Part shown: one piece after another, positions 28,296 to 38,749 of the stretch
How positions within the stretch are numbered: position 1 is the stretch's first letter
Layout of the letters: each line of letters begins with the position of its first letter
Source: an uncultured virus (IMG/VR IMGVR_UViG_3300046170_000428)
Lineage: Duplodnaviria; Heunggongvirae; Uroviricota; Caudoviricetes
Length of the DNA stretch: 64,000 bases
Strand: one strand, 5' to 3'
IMG/VR virus record: IMGVR_UViG_3300046170_000428
Program-made: the position numbers and the translations under genes
The notes under the pieces: generated by a model
The model's input: only the letters and a program-made list of their open reading frames with translations
Databases searched by the model: none
What the model was told of the DNA's origin: nothing

Positions 28296-29243
28296 ATGAC
28301 AGTTTTTCCTATCTTTTATGGTGGCGCAGATACTATAAAAGACATGAGCAGCGCAAATCTAGAAAGACTTATATATTATTTGCAAACTGCATATGCAGCA
28401 CAATTAAATGCAAGTGGCAATGGATATATTTTCGTGGGATCAGGCGAAACAACTATTGGATCAGCAACTGATACTTCTAATACTCAACAAACTAACTCTA
28501 CACAAAGAATTATTAACGACGGTATTATTCAGGGATATCCATCTTATCCAGGTGTTGGAACTGAAACTGACACAACTTATTCTTATCAACAAAAAAGAAC
28601 TGTTCCAAGTGCCGTATCATCAGGAGACTTTAATAGATATGGTATGATATTTTATGATTCAGCAAATGATGAAATAGAGCCGTTTTCAACTGAAGCACAG
28701 CTTGCTGCGGTAATTGTTGATCAAGCAATTACGAATATAATATCAGTTAATGAGGTAGGATCATATCGAGTTGGTACATCTGCGCCAACTTTTGGACAAG
28801 CAGGTACATGGGTTGATAAAGGCACATGGTTCCAAGATACAACATATGATGGAAATTCAGATAACTTTAAATTATGGTTAAAAACTGCTCTTAATACTGT
28901 ACCAGGAAGTGATATATATCCAGTAGGTTTAGAAGATGATGGTGGTGGAACACCAACTGGAAACCTAATTAATAGAGATTTTGGAACTGGAGCAGGCACA
29001 CTTATTAATGAAGTACTTCTCCCTGCGTTAACGCGTAAAATGTCAAGTGGACTTTATTATCAAGTAAGCACCTCAGCTGCTGCTGGATCATTACAGCGCG
29101 GATCATTTACTGATACTTCATTATCTGGAGTTACAAATACTCAAGTATTCCAACAAGAGGGTGCTACCTATTTTTATAGATCAGTTAGTACGCCATCAGG
29201 AACGGCATCAACCGTTCAAACTTACTATTTAAATCTAATATAA
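28296..29243 (+). CDS. putative virion structural protein (fibre tip/adhesin candidate)
   Basis: Thr/Ser/Gly-rich composition like neighbouring structural proteins; follows the short fibre gene. Confidence 0.55.
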   Translation: MTVFPIFYGGADTIKDMSSANLERLIYYLQTAYAAQLNASGNGYIFVGSGETTIGSATDTSNTQQTNSTQRIINDGIIQGYPSYPGVGTETDTTYSYQQKRTVPSAVSSGDFNRYGMIFYDSANDEIEPFSTEAQLAAVIVDQAITNIISVNEVGSYRVGTSAPTFGQAGTWVDKGTWFQDTTYDGNSDNFKLWLKTALNTVPGSDIYPVGLEDDGGGTPTGNLINRDFGTGAGTLINEVLLPALTRKMSSGLYYQVSTSAAAGSLQRGSFTDTSLSGVTNTQVFQQEGATYFYRSVSTPSGTASTVQTYYLNLI

Positions 29244-29267
29244 AAATGCTTACACAAGGAAAATGAA

Positions 29268-29801
29268 ATGAAAACGAGAGACGGCCGATTGGTCAATGCA
29301 AGATTTACAGATCATACATGTACAATGATTCGTTGTGAATTTAAAAATTATGATAAACCCGAAGGTGAAAATCTTTCAGTTCAAATGCATAGTTATAATC
29401 CAGAAAATAAGTTCGTGCTGCAAATTCTTGCAGAACATTCTGAAGAAGATCTGCAAAGAAATTACGTTGAATTTAATAAAATTGAAAATCTTAGAAAAAA
29501 ATATTTCGAAAAATTTGTAGATAGATTTGACGAAATTATTGATTATCTAGATAGTGGAGTTCCATCACAAGAAGTAATTAAAGTTCCGGTTACTTTAACT
29601 GAAATTATTAATTTAGGTAAAAACCCCGAAGATTTTTTTAAACTAAAATTAGAAATTTTTGAATTGCCTGAAGTAAAAGGTTCGAAGGATAGACAATGGA
29701 AAGCATCTATGAGAAAAGCAACTACCAGCCTCGAACTTCTCGCATTGCTAAATGCGGCCGATGTGAACCTAGAAAGTGAATCATCCGAATCTCAGGATTA
29801 A
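29268..29801 (+). CDS. hypothetical protein at the island boundary
   Basis: 177-aa charged ORF; AAGGA SD upstream. Confidence 0.65.
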   Translation: MKTRDGRLVNARFTDHTCTMIRCEFKNYDKPEGENLSVQMHSYNPENKFVLQILAEHSEEDLQRNYVEFNKIENLRKKYFEKFVDRFDEIIDYLDSGVPSQEVIKVPVTLTEIINLGKNPEDFFKLKLEIFELPEVKGSKDRQWKASMRKATTSLELLALLNAADVNLESESSESQD

Positions 29802-30390
29802 ACTCTCCACCTAGATATAGCCAATCTCCTGGATATTCAATATTAGCACCTACTAACCAGTCAGGATCATGATAACTCATGGTTGCTTCCCAACGAGTAA
29901 TCCAAGTTGCTGGAACGAAATCAAGTTGAAGCCTTTTTTTAACTAAGTCTTCTACAAAATATTGTTCACCATTAATAGGACCGATTGTGGTCCCATTTTT
30001 AATATAGTATTCCATCCAATATTCAGGGTTAGATACAAATTTGTTATAAATGTATCTACAATCTTTTGGATAATATTTTTGAAATCCACCTTGTAATTTG
30101 TAGTCTTTTTTCCATGTATCATTCCACCAACTTTCAGTTGCAATAAATTGACCAGGTTTTATTGGATAGTTAATCATATCCATGTAATCATTAATAAAGC
30201 TTACATCAATATCAATTACGCAAACAGGCTCATCGATATCTAATGACATTGGAATTAATTTATTCCATTGGGCTTTACCAATTTTTTCTTCACGAATCCA
30301 AGTTACGTTTGGTATTTTTGAATTAATGTAGTCTTCGTATTCTGGACCATATTTGTCTCCGGTCCTGACAGCGTACACTCGTGTTCCCAT
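29722..30390 (-). CDS. glycosyltransferase-like protein (GT-A fold)
   Basis: VRTGDKY.PEY, WNKL, VIDID (DxD), GEQ.F, MIHF.G..RP. Confidence 0.7.
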   Translation of the reverse strand: MGTRVYAVRTGDKYGPEYEDYINSKIPNVTWIREEKIGKAQWNKLIPMSLDIDEPVCVIDIDVSFINDYMDMINYPIKPGQFIATESWWNDTWKKDYKLQGGFQKYYPKDCRYIYNKFVSNPEYWMEYYIKNGTTIGPINGEQYFVEDLVKKRLQLDFVPATWITRWEATMSYHDPDWLVGANIEYPGDWLYLGGEFNPEIRMIHFLGSHRPHLAMREVRGW

Positions 30391-30896
30391 AATTTATCCT
30401 TAGCGTGATTATATAATGTAATTGGAAGCTTACCACCGCCCCATGCATATGAATCACAAACTCTTCCGTAAGTTTTATGTTTTATTTCTTTAAATAAAAA
30501 TTCATCGATTCCTTTATTATATTTGATCATATAATAATCTGGATCTTCTGCAAATTTATCATGAATATGCGAATGATCTCCATACCAAGACATAATAGAA
30601 CTATTAAGTGGTGTATGAAATGCATCTCTCCACCAAGCTAAAAGAACAGTAAATTCAGTGGTATAAAGATGAGTGATAGAACCATTGATAACAATATCGA
30701 GATCAAAATAAAGATATTGACCTTTCCGAAAGCGATCAAACAAAGAAAGCTTATCATACACACCACCGTATATGACATCGTCTACGACATGAATTTTATC
30801 ATACTCTTGGCCGGTATTGTCTAACATATATTTTATATTATCCACCCAGATTTGTTGACCATATCCAGGTGGAGTATTCAATAAAACTATTTCCAT
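30303..30896 (-). CDS. glycosyltransferase-like protein (GT-A fold)
   Basis: DKLSLF, YLYFDLDIVI (DxD), LNSSIMSW, GIDEFL. Confidence 0.7.
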   Translation of the reverse strand: MEIVLLNTPPGYGQQIWVDNIKYMLDNTGQEYDKIHVVDDVIYGGVYDKLSLFDRFRKGQYLYFDLDIVINGSITHLYTTEFTVLLAWWRDAFHTPLNSSIMSWYGDHSHIHDKFAEDPDYYMIKYNKGIDEFLFKEIKHKTYGRVCDSYAWGGGKLPITLYNHAKDKLWEHECTLSGPETNMVQNTKTTLIQKYQT

Positions 30897-31519
30897 TTAC
30901 CCATGACCATAAATCGAATATACTTGTCAGGTGTATTATCGTTCATACGCTTCCAATCACCGTACATTTCTTTTAATTCATTCTTTTCTAAAAGTTCTTG
31001 ACAACTTGTCACACAATTAGTATGATCAGGTTCATTTATTTTATTATTAGATTGTAAAACTAATAGTGTCCTTTCAGGCGATTCATAGCAATCCTTATTC
31101 GTCGACATATCCCACATATGTTCGCACGATGTATTAATAATCATGTGAGTACGTCTTTTTTCTTGATATGTAAAGTAATCTTGATGAAATACTCTGACAT
31201 GCCAGTTTTTAAATATACAATTATATTTGTTAATTGCTCTACATGCAAATTCATCTATTTCGAAGATATCGATTCGATTAATTTCTTTATCATATTTTTG
31301 ATATAATAAATCAATAAGGGGATATCCAAACCAACCTCCAATAATTTCAATATTAAATTTACCGTGTTCATCTCGTGGAATCTGAACTTTATCTAAGCTT
31401 TCAATTAACCATTCTTTACATATAATTTGATTAGGAGATAAACTATCAAAAAGTCTTTCCATTTGGTCCGGACAGTTATATCTGAACCATTTTAGTATTT
31501 TAGAATATTCAAGTCTCAT
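30887..31519 (-). CDS. class I SAM-dependent methyltransferase-like protein
   Basis: Q..CKEWL, IIGGWFG (motif I-like), FEIDE, IINTSCEHM, LQSN, H.NCV, RFMVMG. Confidence 0.65.
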   Translation of the reverse strand: MRLEYSKILKWFRYNCPDQMERLFDSLSPNQIICKEWLIESLDKVQIPRDEHGKFNIEIIGGWFGYPLIDLLYQKYDKEINRIDIFEIDEFACRAINKYNCIFKNWHVRVFHQDYFTYQEKRRTHMIINTSCEHMWDMSTNKDCYESPERTLLVLQSNNKINEPDHTNCVTSCQELLEKNELKEMYGDWKRMNDNTPDKYIRFMVMGKWK

Positions 31520-31980
31520 ATTTGCCCATAAACATAAAAATGTGTTTCTTTATCATCACAACCTTTTTCATATACTTTTGACACATTATAAAGTTTAATA
31601 ATGTCTTCAGTACTTTCAATTGGCGTACAATCACCATTGTGATTATCGTTATCACCTATTAAAATAACATCAATACCTTTAGGCATTTCAACTGGATATG
31701 TTTTTTCAATATTTTTATGCACAATTAAATCCGCACCCATAACAGCATTTAAAATTTCTGGATCGCGATCAAAAACAAAATCTCTATTGATATAGTAAGG
31801 TGATTTTAAAAATTTAGGATCATAATCAATTGCAACTGCTTCAATATCAAAATCATTTAACATTATTAATAGCTCATATATTTCATTAGGAGCTAGAAAA
31901 ATAATCTTATTATATTGTAAAAATAACTTTTCAACATTAGCGGGTGAAATAATTGGCTTTGCAGGATTAATAATTGTCAT
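31516..31980 (-). CDS. degenerate paralogue of the methyltransferase-like protein
   Basis: IDYDP, LIVHKNIEKT (cf. IINTSCEH), HNGDCTPIES (cf. HTNCVTS), HFYVYG. Confidence 0.45.
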   Translation of the reverse strand: MTIINPAKPIISPANVEKLFLQYNKIIFLAPNEIYELLIMLNDFDIEAVAIDYDPKFLKSPYYINRDFVFDRDPEILNAVMGADLIVHKNIEKTYPVEMPKGIDVILIGDNDNHNGDCTPIESTEDIIKLYNVSKVYEKGCDDKETHFYVYGQI

Positions 31981-32668
31981 AGCTTTTCCATAATTTAATT
32001 ACTCTACTGTCAGCTTCGTGTAGCTCATACATCACGTCTATAATACCTTTATTATTGTATTTGTGTGAAGTATTGAAAATAGTTATTCTACCTGGAAGTT
32101 TACGTCCAGAAACATTATAGTTACTAACTAAACCTTCTTCCCAATATTCAAGTCTATTATTTCTTTCGTGCTGATAGTAGAGATATTTGTCAAGAGATTT
32201 ATATGTCCACTCAATTTTTTCCCAATTATCATTAGTAAATTTAATTAACCATTCTGGATTATTGAATTTTACAAAAGAACTATTTACATGACATGATACG
32301 CCTTTTCCATACCACCGTAATGATTTAGGCCAATATGGATTCCAATAATTCCAAATCATTTTAAAATTTGAAAAGTCATCTGCCATACTTGTAATATCAT
32401 CATGAATCAGAATATCTAAATCAAGCCAGACACCTTCTTCATGTTTTTCCATAAGAATTAATTTTTCATATGTAAACACTCGATCAGTATTAAACTTTCT
32501 TAATTCATTAATATCTTTAATTTCTACTTCTTCTCTTATACCTTTATGATAGTCGGTATAGCAAGTCAAAGTAAAAGGTTTGTGATAGTGTTTTTTAAGG
32601 CTACCGTAAAGTCTATTAACATAATTATGATCATACTTATCGCCCCATTTTAAAGTGTAAAAATCCAT
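31967..32668 (-). CDS. glycosyltransferase-like protein (GT-A fold)
   Basis: LKWGDKY...YVNRLY..L, CYTD, WLDLDILI (DxD), VNSSFV. Confidence 0.75.
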   Translation of the reverse strand: MDFYTLKWGDKYDHNYVNRLYGSLKKHYHKPFTLTCYTDYHKGIREEVEIKDINELRKFNTDRVFTYEKLILMEKHEEGVWLDLDILIHDDITSMADDFSNFKMIWNYWNPYWPKSLRWYGKGVSCHVNSSFVKFNNPEWLIKFTNDNWEKIEWTYKSLDKYLYYQHERNNRLEYWEEGLVSNYNVSGRKLPGRITIFNTSHKYNNKGIIDVMYELHEADSRVIKLWKSYDNY

Positions 32669-32700
32669 TAACGTCCTTATTCTTCAGATATATAGTATAT

Positions 32701-32729
32701 ATTATAACACATAATGAATGAATTGTACA
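32701..32729 (-). promoter_or_regulatory. early-type promoter TGTACA-N17-TATAAT for the GT/MTase operon
   Basis: Minus strand TGTACA (32724-32729), 17 nt, TATAAT (32701-32706); AAGGA SD before the ATG at 32668. Confidence 0.7.
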
Positions 32730-32741
32730 TAGGAAATTTTA

Positions 32742-34181
32742 ATGAATGTGAAAGATATTGACAAACAGTTTCCAACCAAAACTTTTTGTGCCCTCCCTTG
32801 GATGCATCTCTCAACAAGACCTAACGGACATATGCGAGTATGTTGTACTGCTAATGCTTCAGGAGTTGCAGTAAACTCAGATTCCACAAAAAAGTCAGTT
32901 TCTGAAGCTGGCGTTTTGCGTAATGATGATGGTAGGCCGTCTAATCTTGCTACTACTGGTCTAATGGAATCATGGAACAATGAATATATGCGTGGCGTAA
33001 GGAGGATGATGCTCAATGGAGAAAAACCAAAATCATGTACTAAATGTTATAAAGAAGAAGAAGCAGGTCACAGGTCAAAAAGAATTTGGGAAACTCGTAA
33101 ATGGATTAAAGACCTCGGTGGTGTTGAAGCAATTATTGAAGATACACAAGAAGACGGATCAGTCCCTGCAAGAATACGCTATATCGATTTACGCCTTGGT
33201 AGTAAGTGTCAACTTGCATGTGTTATGTGTTCTCCTCATGATTCTTCTGGCTGGGTAAAAGAACATAAGAAAATTTGGCCAGAACTTAAAAATCAAAATC
33301 TTAAAAAGTCGATGACATGGGAAAAAGAATCTGGTAAACTTGCATGGTCAGGTGGTTCATATAATTGGCATAAAAAGAATCCAAAATTTTGGGATGAGCT
33401 ATATGAGACATTGCCAAATTTAAGACAATTATATTTTGCTGGAGGCGAGCCATTAATTATGGACGAACATTATATGCTTTTACAAAAATGCATAGATGAT
33501 GGACTAGCTTCTGATATTGAGTTAAGATATAACTCAAACGGTATTGAATGGCGTGATGATTTATTTGATTTATGGAAACAATTCCGCAATGTAATATTTC
33601 ATTTTAGTGTCGATGATATTGGTATTCGCAATCATTTTATTCGTTATCCATCAAATTGGGATGTAATTACAGAATCAATGCATAAAATGGATAATTATCC
33701 ACATGGAAACTTAACGCTTACAAGTGCTTATACTGTAATGGCTCTTAATATTTTTTATTTACCAGAATTTATCAAATGGAAAATTGAGTCAAATTTTAAG
33801 TTACTAAATAAGTGGCCAAATGGTGCAGGAATCTTTTCTTGCCATTTAGCATACTGGCCTCCTCAATTAAATGTTAAGGCTCTTCCTGTTTGGTTTAAAC
33901 AAGAAATAAGACAAAAATTTGAAGAAGAACTTTATCCATATGTAAAAGAAAATTGGCATAAATGTACTGGTGTTAAAGAAGCTGGTATAACGTATGATCA
34001 ATTTATATCATCAGAATATGGAATCCCGAGAATGGAAGGATTGTTGACATTCATGGAAGCAGAAGACTGGTCCGAACGATTACCTGAAATGGCAGAATGG
34101 TGTTATACAGTTGCAAAACAAAGATTCTTAGATTTTAATGATGTTTTTCCAGATTTAGACTGGCTAGAGTGGTATAAGTAA
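32742..34181 (+). CDS. radical SAM enzyme 1, N-terminal twitch/SPASM-like domain
   Basis: CQLACVMC (CxxxCxxC), GGEP; N-terminal C..PW...CC...CTKC. Confidence 0.9.
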   Translation: MNVKDIDKQFPTKTFCALPWMHLSTRPNGHMRVCCTANASGVAVNSDSTKKSVSEAGVLRNDDGRPSNLATTGLMESWNNEYMRGVRRMMLNGEKPKSCTKCYKEEEAGHRSKRIWETRKWIKDLGGVEAIIEDTQEDGSVPARIRYIDLRLGSKCQLACVMCSPHDSSGWVKEHKKIWPELKNQNLKKSMTWEKESGKLAWSGGSYNWHKKNPKFWDELYETLPNLRQLYFAGGEPLIMDEHYMLLQKCIDDGLASDIELRYNSNGIEWRDDLFDLWKQFRNVIFHFSVDDIGIRNHFIRYPSNWDVITESMHKMDNYPHGNLTLTSAYTVMALNIFYLPEFIKWKIESNFKLLNKWPNGAGIFSCHLAYWPPQLNVKALPVWFKQEIRQKFEEELYPYVKENWHKCTGVKEAGITYDQFISSEYGIPRMEGLLTFMEAEDWSERLPEMAEWCYTVAKQRFLDFNDVFPDLDWLEWYK

Positions 34182-35329
34182 TGCCTTTTTGTTCAGTTCC
34201 TTTTATTCATACATTTATTGATACAAAAGGTAAAAATAGAATTTGTTGTGCAGCTAAATGGACACCTGGTCAATATGATTTACAAGATTGGCAAGGTGAA
34301 GACTATCAAAAAATTCGTGCAAGTATGTTGAATGATAATCAAGACTGGTTACCAGAATGCCAAGATTGTGAAAGAAGAGAAAAAGTTGGTGAAGATTATT
34401 CGTATAGAAAAATATATAATAGACTATACGAAAAATTAGGTAAACCAAACCTTGATGTCGTAACAGGAAATCCTTTTGAAACTCCGATCTCTTACGATTT
34501 GAGAATGAATAATTTATGTAATTTATCTTGTAGAATGTGTGGTCCTTCGTCTAGCTCTCAACTTTATAAAGAAATGATAAGGCATCCTGAATTATGGCCA
34601 AAATCTGCATATGAACCGCTTGAGGCGTATAATAGTATGGATATCAATGGTATTATTGATGAAGCTGAATCTATGTATGAAATTAAACTTCTTGGTGGAG
34701 AGCCAACAGTTCAACCTGAAACAAAAGCAATTATGAAAAGATTAATTGATGTGGGAAATACTGGACTTAGATTTAATATAACAACAAATGGTACAAATGT
34801 AAATACAACTTTTTATGACTTGTTAAAGCAATTTAAGCAAGTGTATCTTCAAATTTCTATAGACGATTATGGTATAGGTCATGACTATATTCGTGGTCCT
34901 GCTTCAAATTTTGAAACAATATGGAAAAACATAAAGAAAATATATGAACTTGATTGGGCCGGAGACGTTAATATTGCAATACATCAAACAATAACAACGT
35001 TTAATATTTTTAATTTTTGGGAATTGAGACAGCAAACAAATATACAATATCCTTGGTGTGGTTTTCGTAATGGCATAGTTTATCATCCGCCAATGTATAG
35101 TCCTCAATATCTTCCAGAAAAATGGAAAGATATGGCCGCTGAAGCAGCTAAAAAAGCAGGAGCATATGAAGATGAAAAACATATTTTTAAATTAATATAT
35201 CAGGTTGAAACTAATATGAATTATGTAAGAGAATTAAAAAATTATACATCTATTATGGATTTTGCCAGAAATCAACATTTAAAAGATTATTTTCCGCAAT
35301 TTGCGGAAATATTTGAAGGTATTAATTAA
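34181..35329 (+). CDS. radical SAM enzyme 2
   Basis: CNLSCRMC, GGEP, TTNGT; N-terminal C...CC...CQDC. Confidence 0.9.
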   Translation: MPFCSVPFIHTFIDTKGKNRICCAAKWTPGQYDLQDWQGEDYQKIRASMLNDNQDWLPECQDCERREKVGEDYSYRKIYNRLYEKLGKPNLDVVTGNPFETPISYDLRMNNLCNLSCRMCGPSSSSQLYKEMIRHPELWPKSAYEPLEAYNSMDINGIIDEAESMYEIKLLGGEPTVQPETKAIMKRLIDVGNTGLRFNITTNGTNVNTTFYDLLKQFKQVYLQISIDDYGIGHDYIRGPASNFETIWKNIKKIYELDWAGDVNIAIHQTITTFNIFNFWELRQQTNIQYPWCGFRNGIVYHPPMYSPQYLPEKWKDMAAEAAKKAGAYEDEKHIFKLIYQVETNMNYVRELKNYTSIMDFARNQHLKDYFPQFAEIFEGIN

Positions 35330-36477
35330 TGCCATTTTGTTTTGTTCCATTTATGCATTCACGTATCGATACTCAAGCGCAAAATAGGCCTTGTTGTTCT
35401 TGGAGATGGAAACCTGGACAATATGATTTACAAAATTGGGAAGGTAAAGATTATCAAGATATTAGAAAATCTCTTATGGATGATAACAGTGAATGGAGAG
35501 AAGAATGTGGTGATTGTCAAAATAGAGAAGAATCTGGTGCAGAATCTTTAAGAGAAGCGTATAATCTAATTTATGATGAATTAGGTAAACCAGAACTTAA
35601 TATTATTAATGGTACAAATTTTGAAATGCCGATATCATATGATTTAGGATTTAATAATTTATGTAATTTATCTTGTAGAATGTGCGGACCAAAATTTAGT
35701 TTACAAATTCAAAAAGAAGCAAAGAAACATCCAGAACTTTGGCCACATTGGCCAGATGTACATAAAGATTATAGTAGCAAATATGATTTAGATATTATTC
35801 TTAATAACGTTGAATCAGTATATGAATTTAAGTTTCTTGGAGGTGAACCCACTTTGCAGCCAGAAACTCAAGCTATTTTGAAACGCCTAGTTGAAGTTGG
35901 ACATACTGATTTTATTAAAATATTTATTACCACTAATGGAACAAACGCTAATCATTATTTTTTTAATTTATTAACAAAATTTAAAAAAGTTGACATTCAG
36001 TTTTCTATAGATGCATATGGTCCAGGACACGATTATATTCGTGGACCTGCAAGTAATTTTAAAAAAATTTGGGAAAATATAAGTAAAATAAGTGAATTAA
36101 ATTGGGCCGGAACCCCAAACTTTGAGATAAATCAAACAGTTCAAGTTTTTAATATTTTTGATTTTTGGAGATTAAGGCAAGAAGTAAATAATCAATTTGA
36201 ATCATTTAAATTCCGTAATTTTATTGTTTATACTCCAGAATTTCATAGCCCATCTTATATTCCAGATAAATGGAAAGATAAAGCTAAAGAGATTGCTATA
36301 AATGAAGGCGTCTTTGAAGACGAAAAACATATCTTTAATGAAATTTATAAATACGACTATAAACCAGATGCTATGAAAGCATTAGTAGCTAATACTCATC
36401 TCATGGATCCAGTGCGTAATCAGTTTTTAAAAGATTATTATCCATTATGTTATGAAATGCTTGAGGAGATTAAATGA
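35329..36477 (+). CDS. radical SAM enzyme 3 (tandem paralogue of enzyme 2)
   Basis: CNLSCRMC, GGEP; both 382 aa and share PGQYDLQ.W.G.DYQ and GHDYIRGPASNF. Confidence 0.9.
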   Translation: MPFCFVPFMHSRIDTQAQNRPCCSWRWKPGQYDLQNWEGKDYQDIRKSLMDDNSEWREECGDCQNREESGAESLREAYNLIYDELGKPELNIINGTNFEMPISYDLGFNNLCNLSCRMCGPKFSLQIQKEAKKHPELWPHWPDVHKDYSSKYDLDIILNNVESVYEFKFLGGEPTLQPETQAILKRLVEVGHTDFIKIFITTNGTNANHYFFNLLTKFKKVDIQFSIDAYGPGHDYIRGPASNFKKIWENISKISELNWAGTPNFEINQTVQVFNIFDFWRLRQEVNNQFESFKFRNFIVYTPEFHSPSYIPDKWKDKAKEIAINEGVFEDEKHIFNEIYKYDYKPDAMKALVANTHLMDPVRNQFLKDYYPLCYEMLEEIK

Positions 36478-37796
36478 GTACTTTTTGTCCATTAGCTTGG
36501 AATTCAATTAATTTAAGAAATAATGGCGATCTTCGTATTTGCTGTAATACTAACAGTTATAGTCCGCAGAAAGGCATTATGCGTAAAAAAGATGGTACAG
36601 CATATAATGCTGGTCGTGATGATTTAAATGAAGCTCGTAATGCTGATATTTTAAAAGACGTACGTGTTTCAATGATGAAAGGCGAATGGAATCCAGAATG
36701 TGAGCGTTGTCGACAAGAAGAAATTAATGGGATTAAATCAAGGAGAGAATATGAATCGGAAGACTGGGACCTCACCCTCGATGATGCAAAGGCTAAAACA
36801 GCACCTGACGGATCCATATCTACGGACGATTTTGATCTTGAATTTTTTGACATTCGTTACGGGAATTTTTGTAATCTTAAGTGTAGGATGTGTGGACCAA
36901 CAGACTCTCATTCCTGGTACGAAGATCATGTAAAATTATATAATAAACCATCATATAAAGATACACATGACTTAATTAAATTAACTAAAAATGCAAAAGG
37001 TCGATGGTCTACAGATCAATATGATTGGTTTAAAAATTCAAACTTTTATTGGAATAATTTTGAAAAGCATACAGGTAAAGCAAAAAAGCTTTATATTGTA
37101 GGTGGTGAACCACTTATTATTCAAGAGCACGTCGAATCACTTGAAAGACTTATTGCTTCTGGTAGATCAAAAGAAATACAAATTGAATATAATAGTAACT
37201 TAACAAATGTTACTGATCGCATGTTAAAGATTTGGGAAAACTTTAAACAAATTCGAATCGGTGTTTCTATTGATGGATATGGTAAAGTTTTTGAATATCA
37301 AAGGACTCCTGCAAAATGGGAAGCCGTTTATAAAAATATGCAAAAGCTTGATGAAAATAGAAATATAAACTTTAAAGGTTGGTTTGCTTTTACAGTTACC
37401 CCATTTAATGTTTTTCATTTACCTGAATTTATGAAATGGAAATTAGAAGAATCTGGTTTGAAACGATATAATCCTATAACCGGACCAAGACCAATTATTA
37501 CTCAACATATGTGCCATTCTCCAAAGTATTATAATATTAAAGTACTTCCACAAATGTTAAAGGATGAAATTTGCGACCACTATCAAGACTATATTGATTG
37601 GGTATATCAATCAAATCATTCAGATCATGTAAAAGTTAAGTTTGCAGAATTACTTGATGGTGTTATGGATTTTATGAATTCAGAAAGTTATACAGAGGAA
37701 TATTTAGATAAATTTATTGGACATACACGTAAATTAGATTTATTTAGAAATCAAAATATTCTTGATGTTGTTCCTCAATATAGAGGTTTGTTTTGA
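36474..37796 (+). CDS. radical SAM enzyme 4
   Basis: CNLKCRMC, GGEP; N-terminal C...CC...CERC. Confidence 0.9.
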   Translation: MSTFCPLAWNSINLRNNGDLRICCNTNSYSPQKGIMRKKDGTAYNAGRDDLNEARNADILKDVRVSMMKGEWNPECERCRQEEINGIKSRREYESEDWDLTLDDAKAKTAPDGSISTDDFDLEFFDIRYGNFCNLKCRMCGPTDSHSWYEDHVKLYNKPSYKDTHDLIKLTKNAKGRWSTDQYDWFKNSNFYWNNFEKHTGKAKKLYIVGGEPLIIQEHVESLERLIASGRSKEIQIEYNSNLTNVTDRMLKIWENFKQIRIGVSIDGYGKVFEYQRTPAKWEAVYKNMQKLDENRNINFKGWFAFTVTPFNVFHLPEFMKWKLEESGLKRYNPITGPRPIITQHMCHSPKYYNIKVLPQMLKDEICDHYQDYIDWVYQSNHSDHVKVKFAELLDGVMDFMNSESYTEEYLDKFIGHTRKLDLFRNQNILDVVPQYRGLF

Positions 37797-38749
37797 AACC
37801 AATTAAACTCGTTAATAGAAATACAGAAAGAAATAAAGCGCAATTGGTTGAGTGGAACTTAACTCGTCGCTGTAATTTTGATTGTTCATACTGTGACGAC
37901 ACGGGAAACAATCCAGTTGGTTTTCATTTTAAACACGATAAAATTTCTAAGCATCCATCACTTAAAACTATGATTAAAATTATTGATGGTATAGAAAGTT
38001 TAGGTTATTATAATATTGATTGGGCATTGTCAGGTGGAGAACCTTTTACTGTACCACATATATATGAAGTATTGAAGTACTTAAGAGAATCTGAACCATA
38101 TAATATTAGTTTAGTTACAAATGGATCAGTGGGATTAGATAGAATTATAAAATGTTTTGAATTACTTGATAAATTAATAATTTCATTTCACTATGAATTT
38201 ACACAACATCGTACAGATGAATATTTTGATAAGATTGTAGAAATTGATAAATTAGCTAAGTCGTTAGGAAAAAGATTTAATGCACGATTTTTGTTATATC
38301 CGGGTCAATTTGACTATTTTAAAAAAATGTATGAAAGACTAAAAAATGCTGGAGTACGCGTGGCTGAATTTAGAAATATTATACCACCGCCAGGGTGGAA
38401 TAAATCATATACTAAACAAGAAAAAGATCAAATTAATTGGTTTCGAAACAAAACTGGTAGTTACGCACAAAACTTAGAACTTACATTTGATGATAATACA
38501 TCTGTTATAACTTATCCAGATCAAATAACAATAAATGGCTGGAATAAATTTAAAGGATGGTCGTGTACTGCCGGAATAAATCAAATACATATAGGTCCGT
38601 ACGGAGAAGTATATAGAGCAACATGTAGAGCTGGTGGCCAAATTGGAAGCATTCTTGATCCAGATTTTAAACTTCCAATTGAACCAATTACCTGTCCTTT
38701 TGAAACTTGTATTGACTACATAGATATATCAACGCCAAAAAATGCTTAA
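37793..38749 (+). CDS. radical SAM enzyme 5, C-terminal Cys cluster (TTG start)
   Basis: CNFDCSYC, SGGEP, VTNGS; C-terminal CTAG...C...CPFETC. Confidence 0.88.
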   Translation: MKPIKLVNRNTERNKAQLVEWNLTRRCNFDCSYCDDTGNNPVGFHFKHDKISKHPSLKTMIKIIDGIESLGYYNIDWALSGGEPFTVPHIYEVLKYLRESEPYNISLVTNGSVGLDRIIKCFELLDKLIISFHYEFTQHRTDEYFDKIVEIDKLAKSLGKRFNARFLLYPGQFDYFKKMYERLKNAGVRVAEFRNIIPPPGWNKSYTKQEKDQINWFRNKTGSYAQNLELTFDDNTSVITYPDQITINGWNKFKGWSCTAGINQIHIGPYGEVYRATCRAGGQIGSILDPDFKLPIEPITCPFETCIDYIDISTPKNA

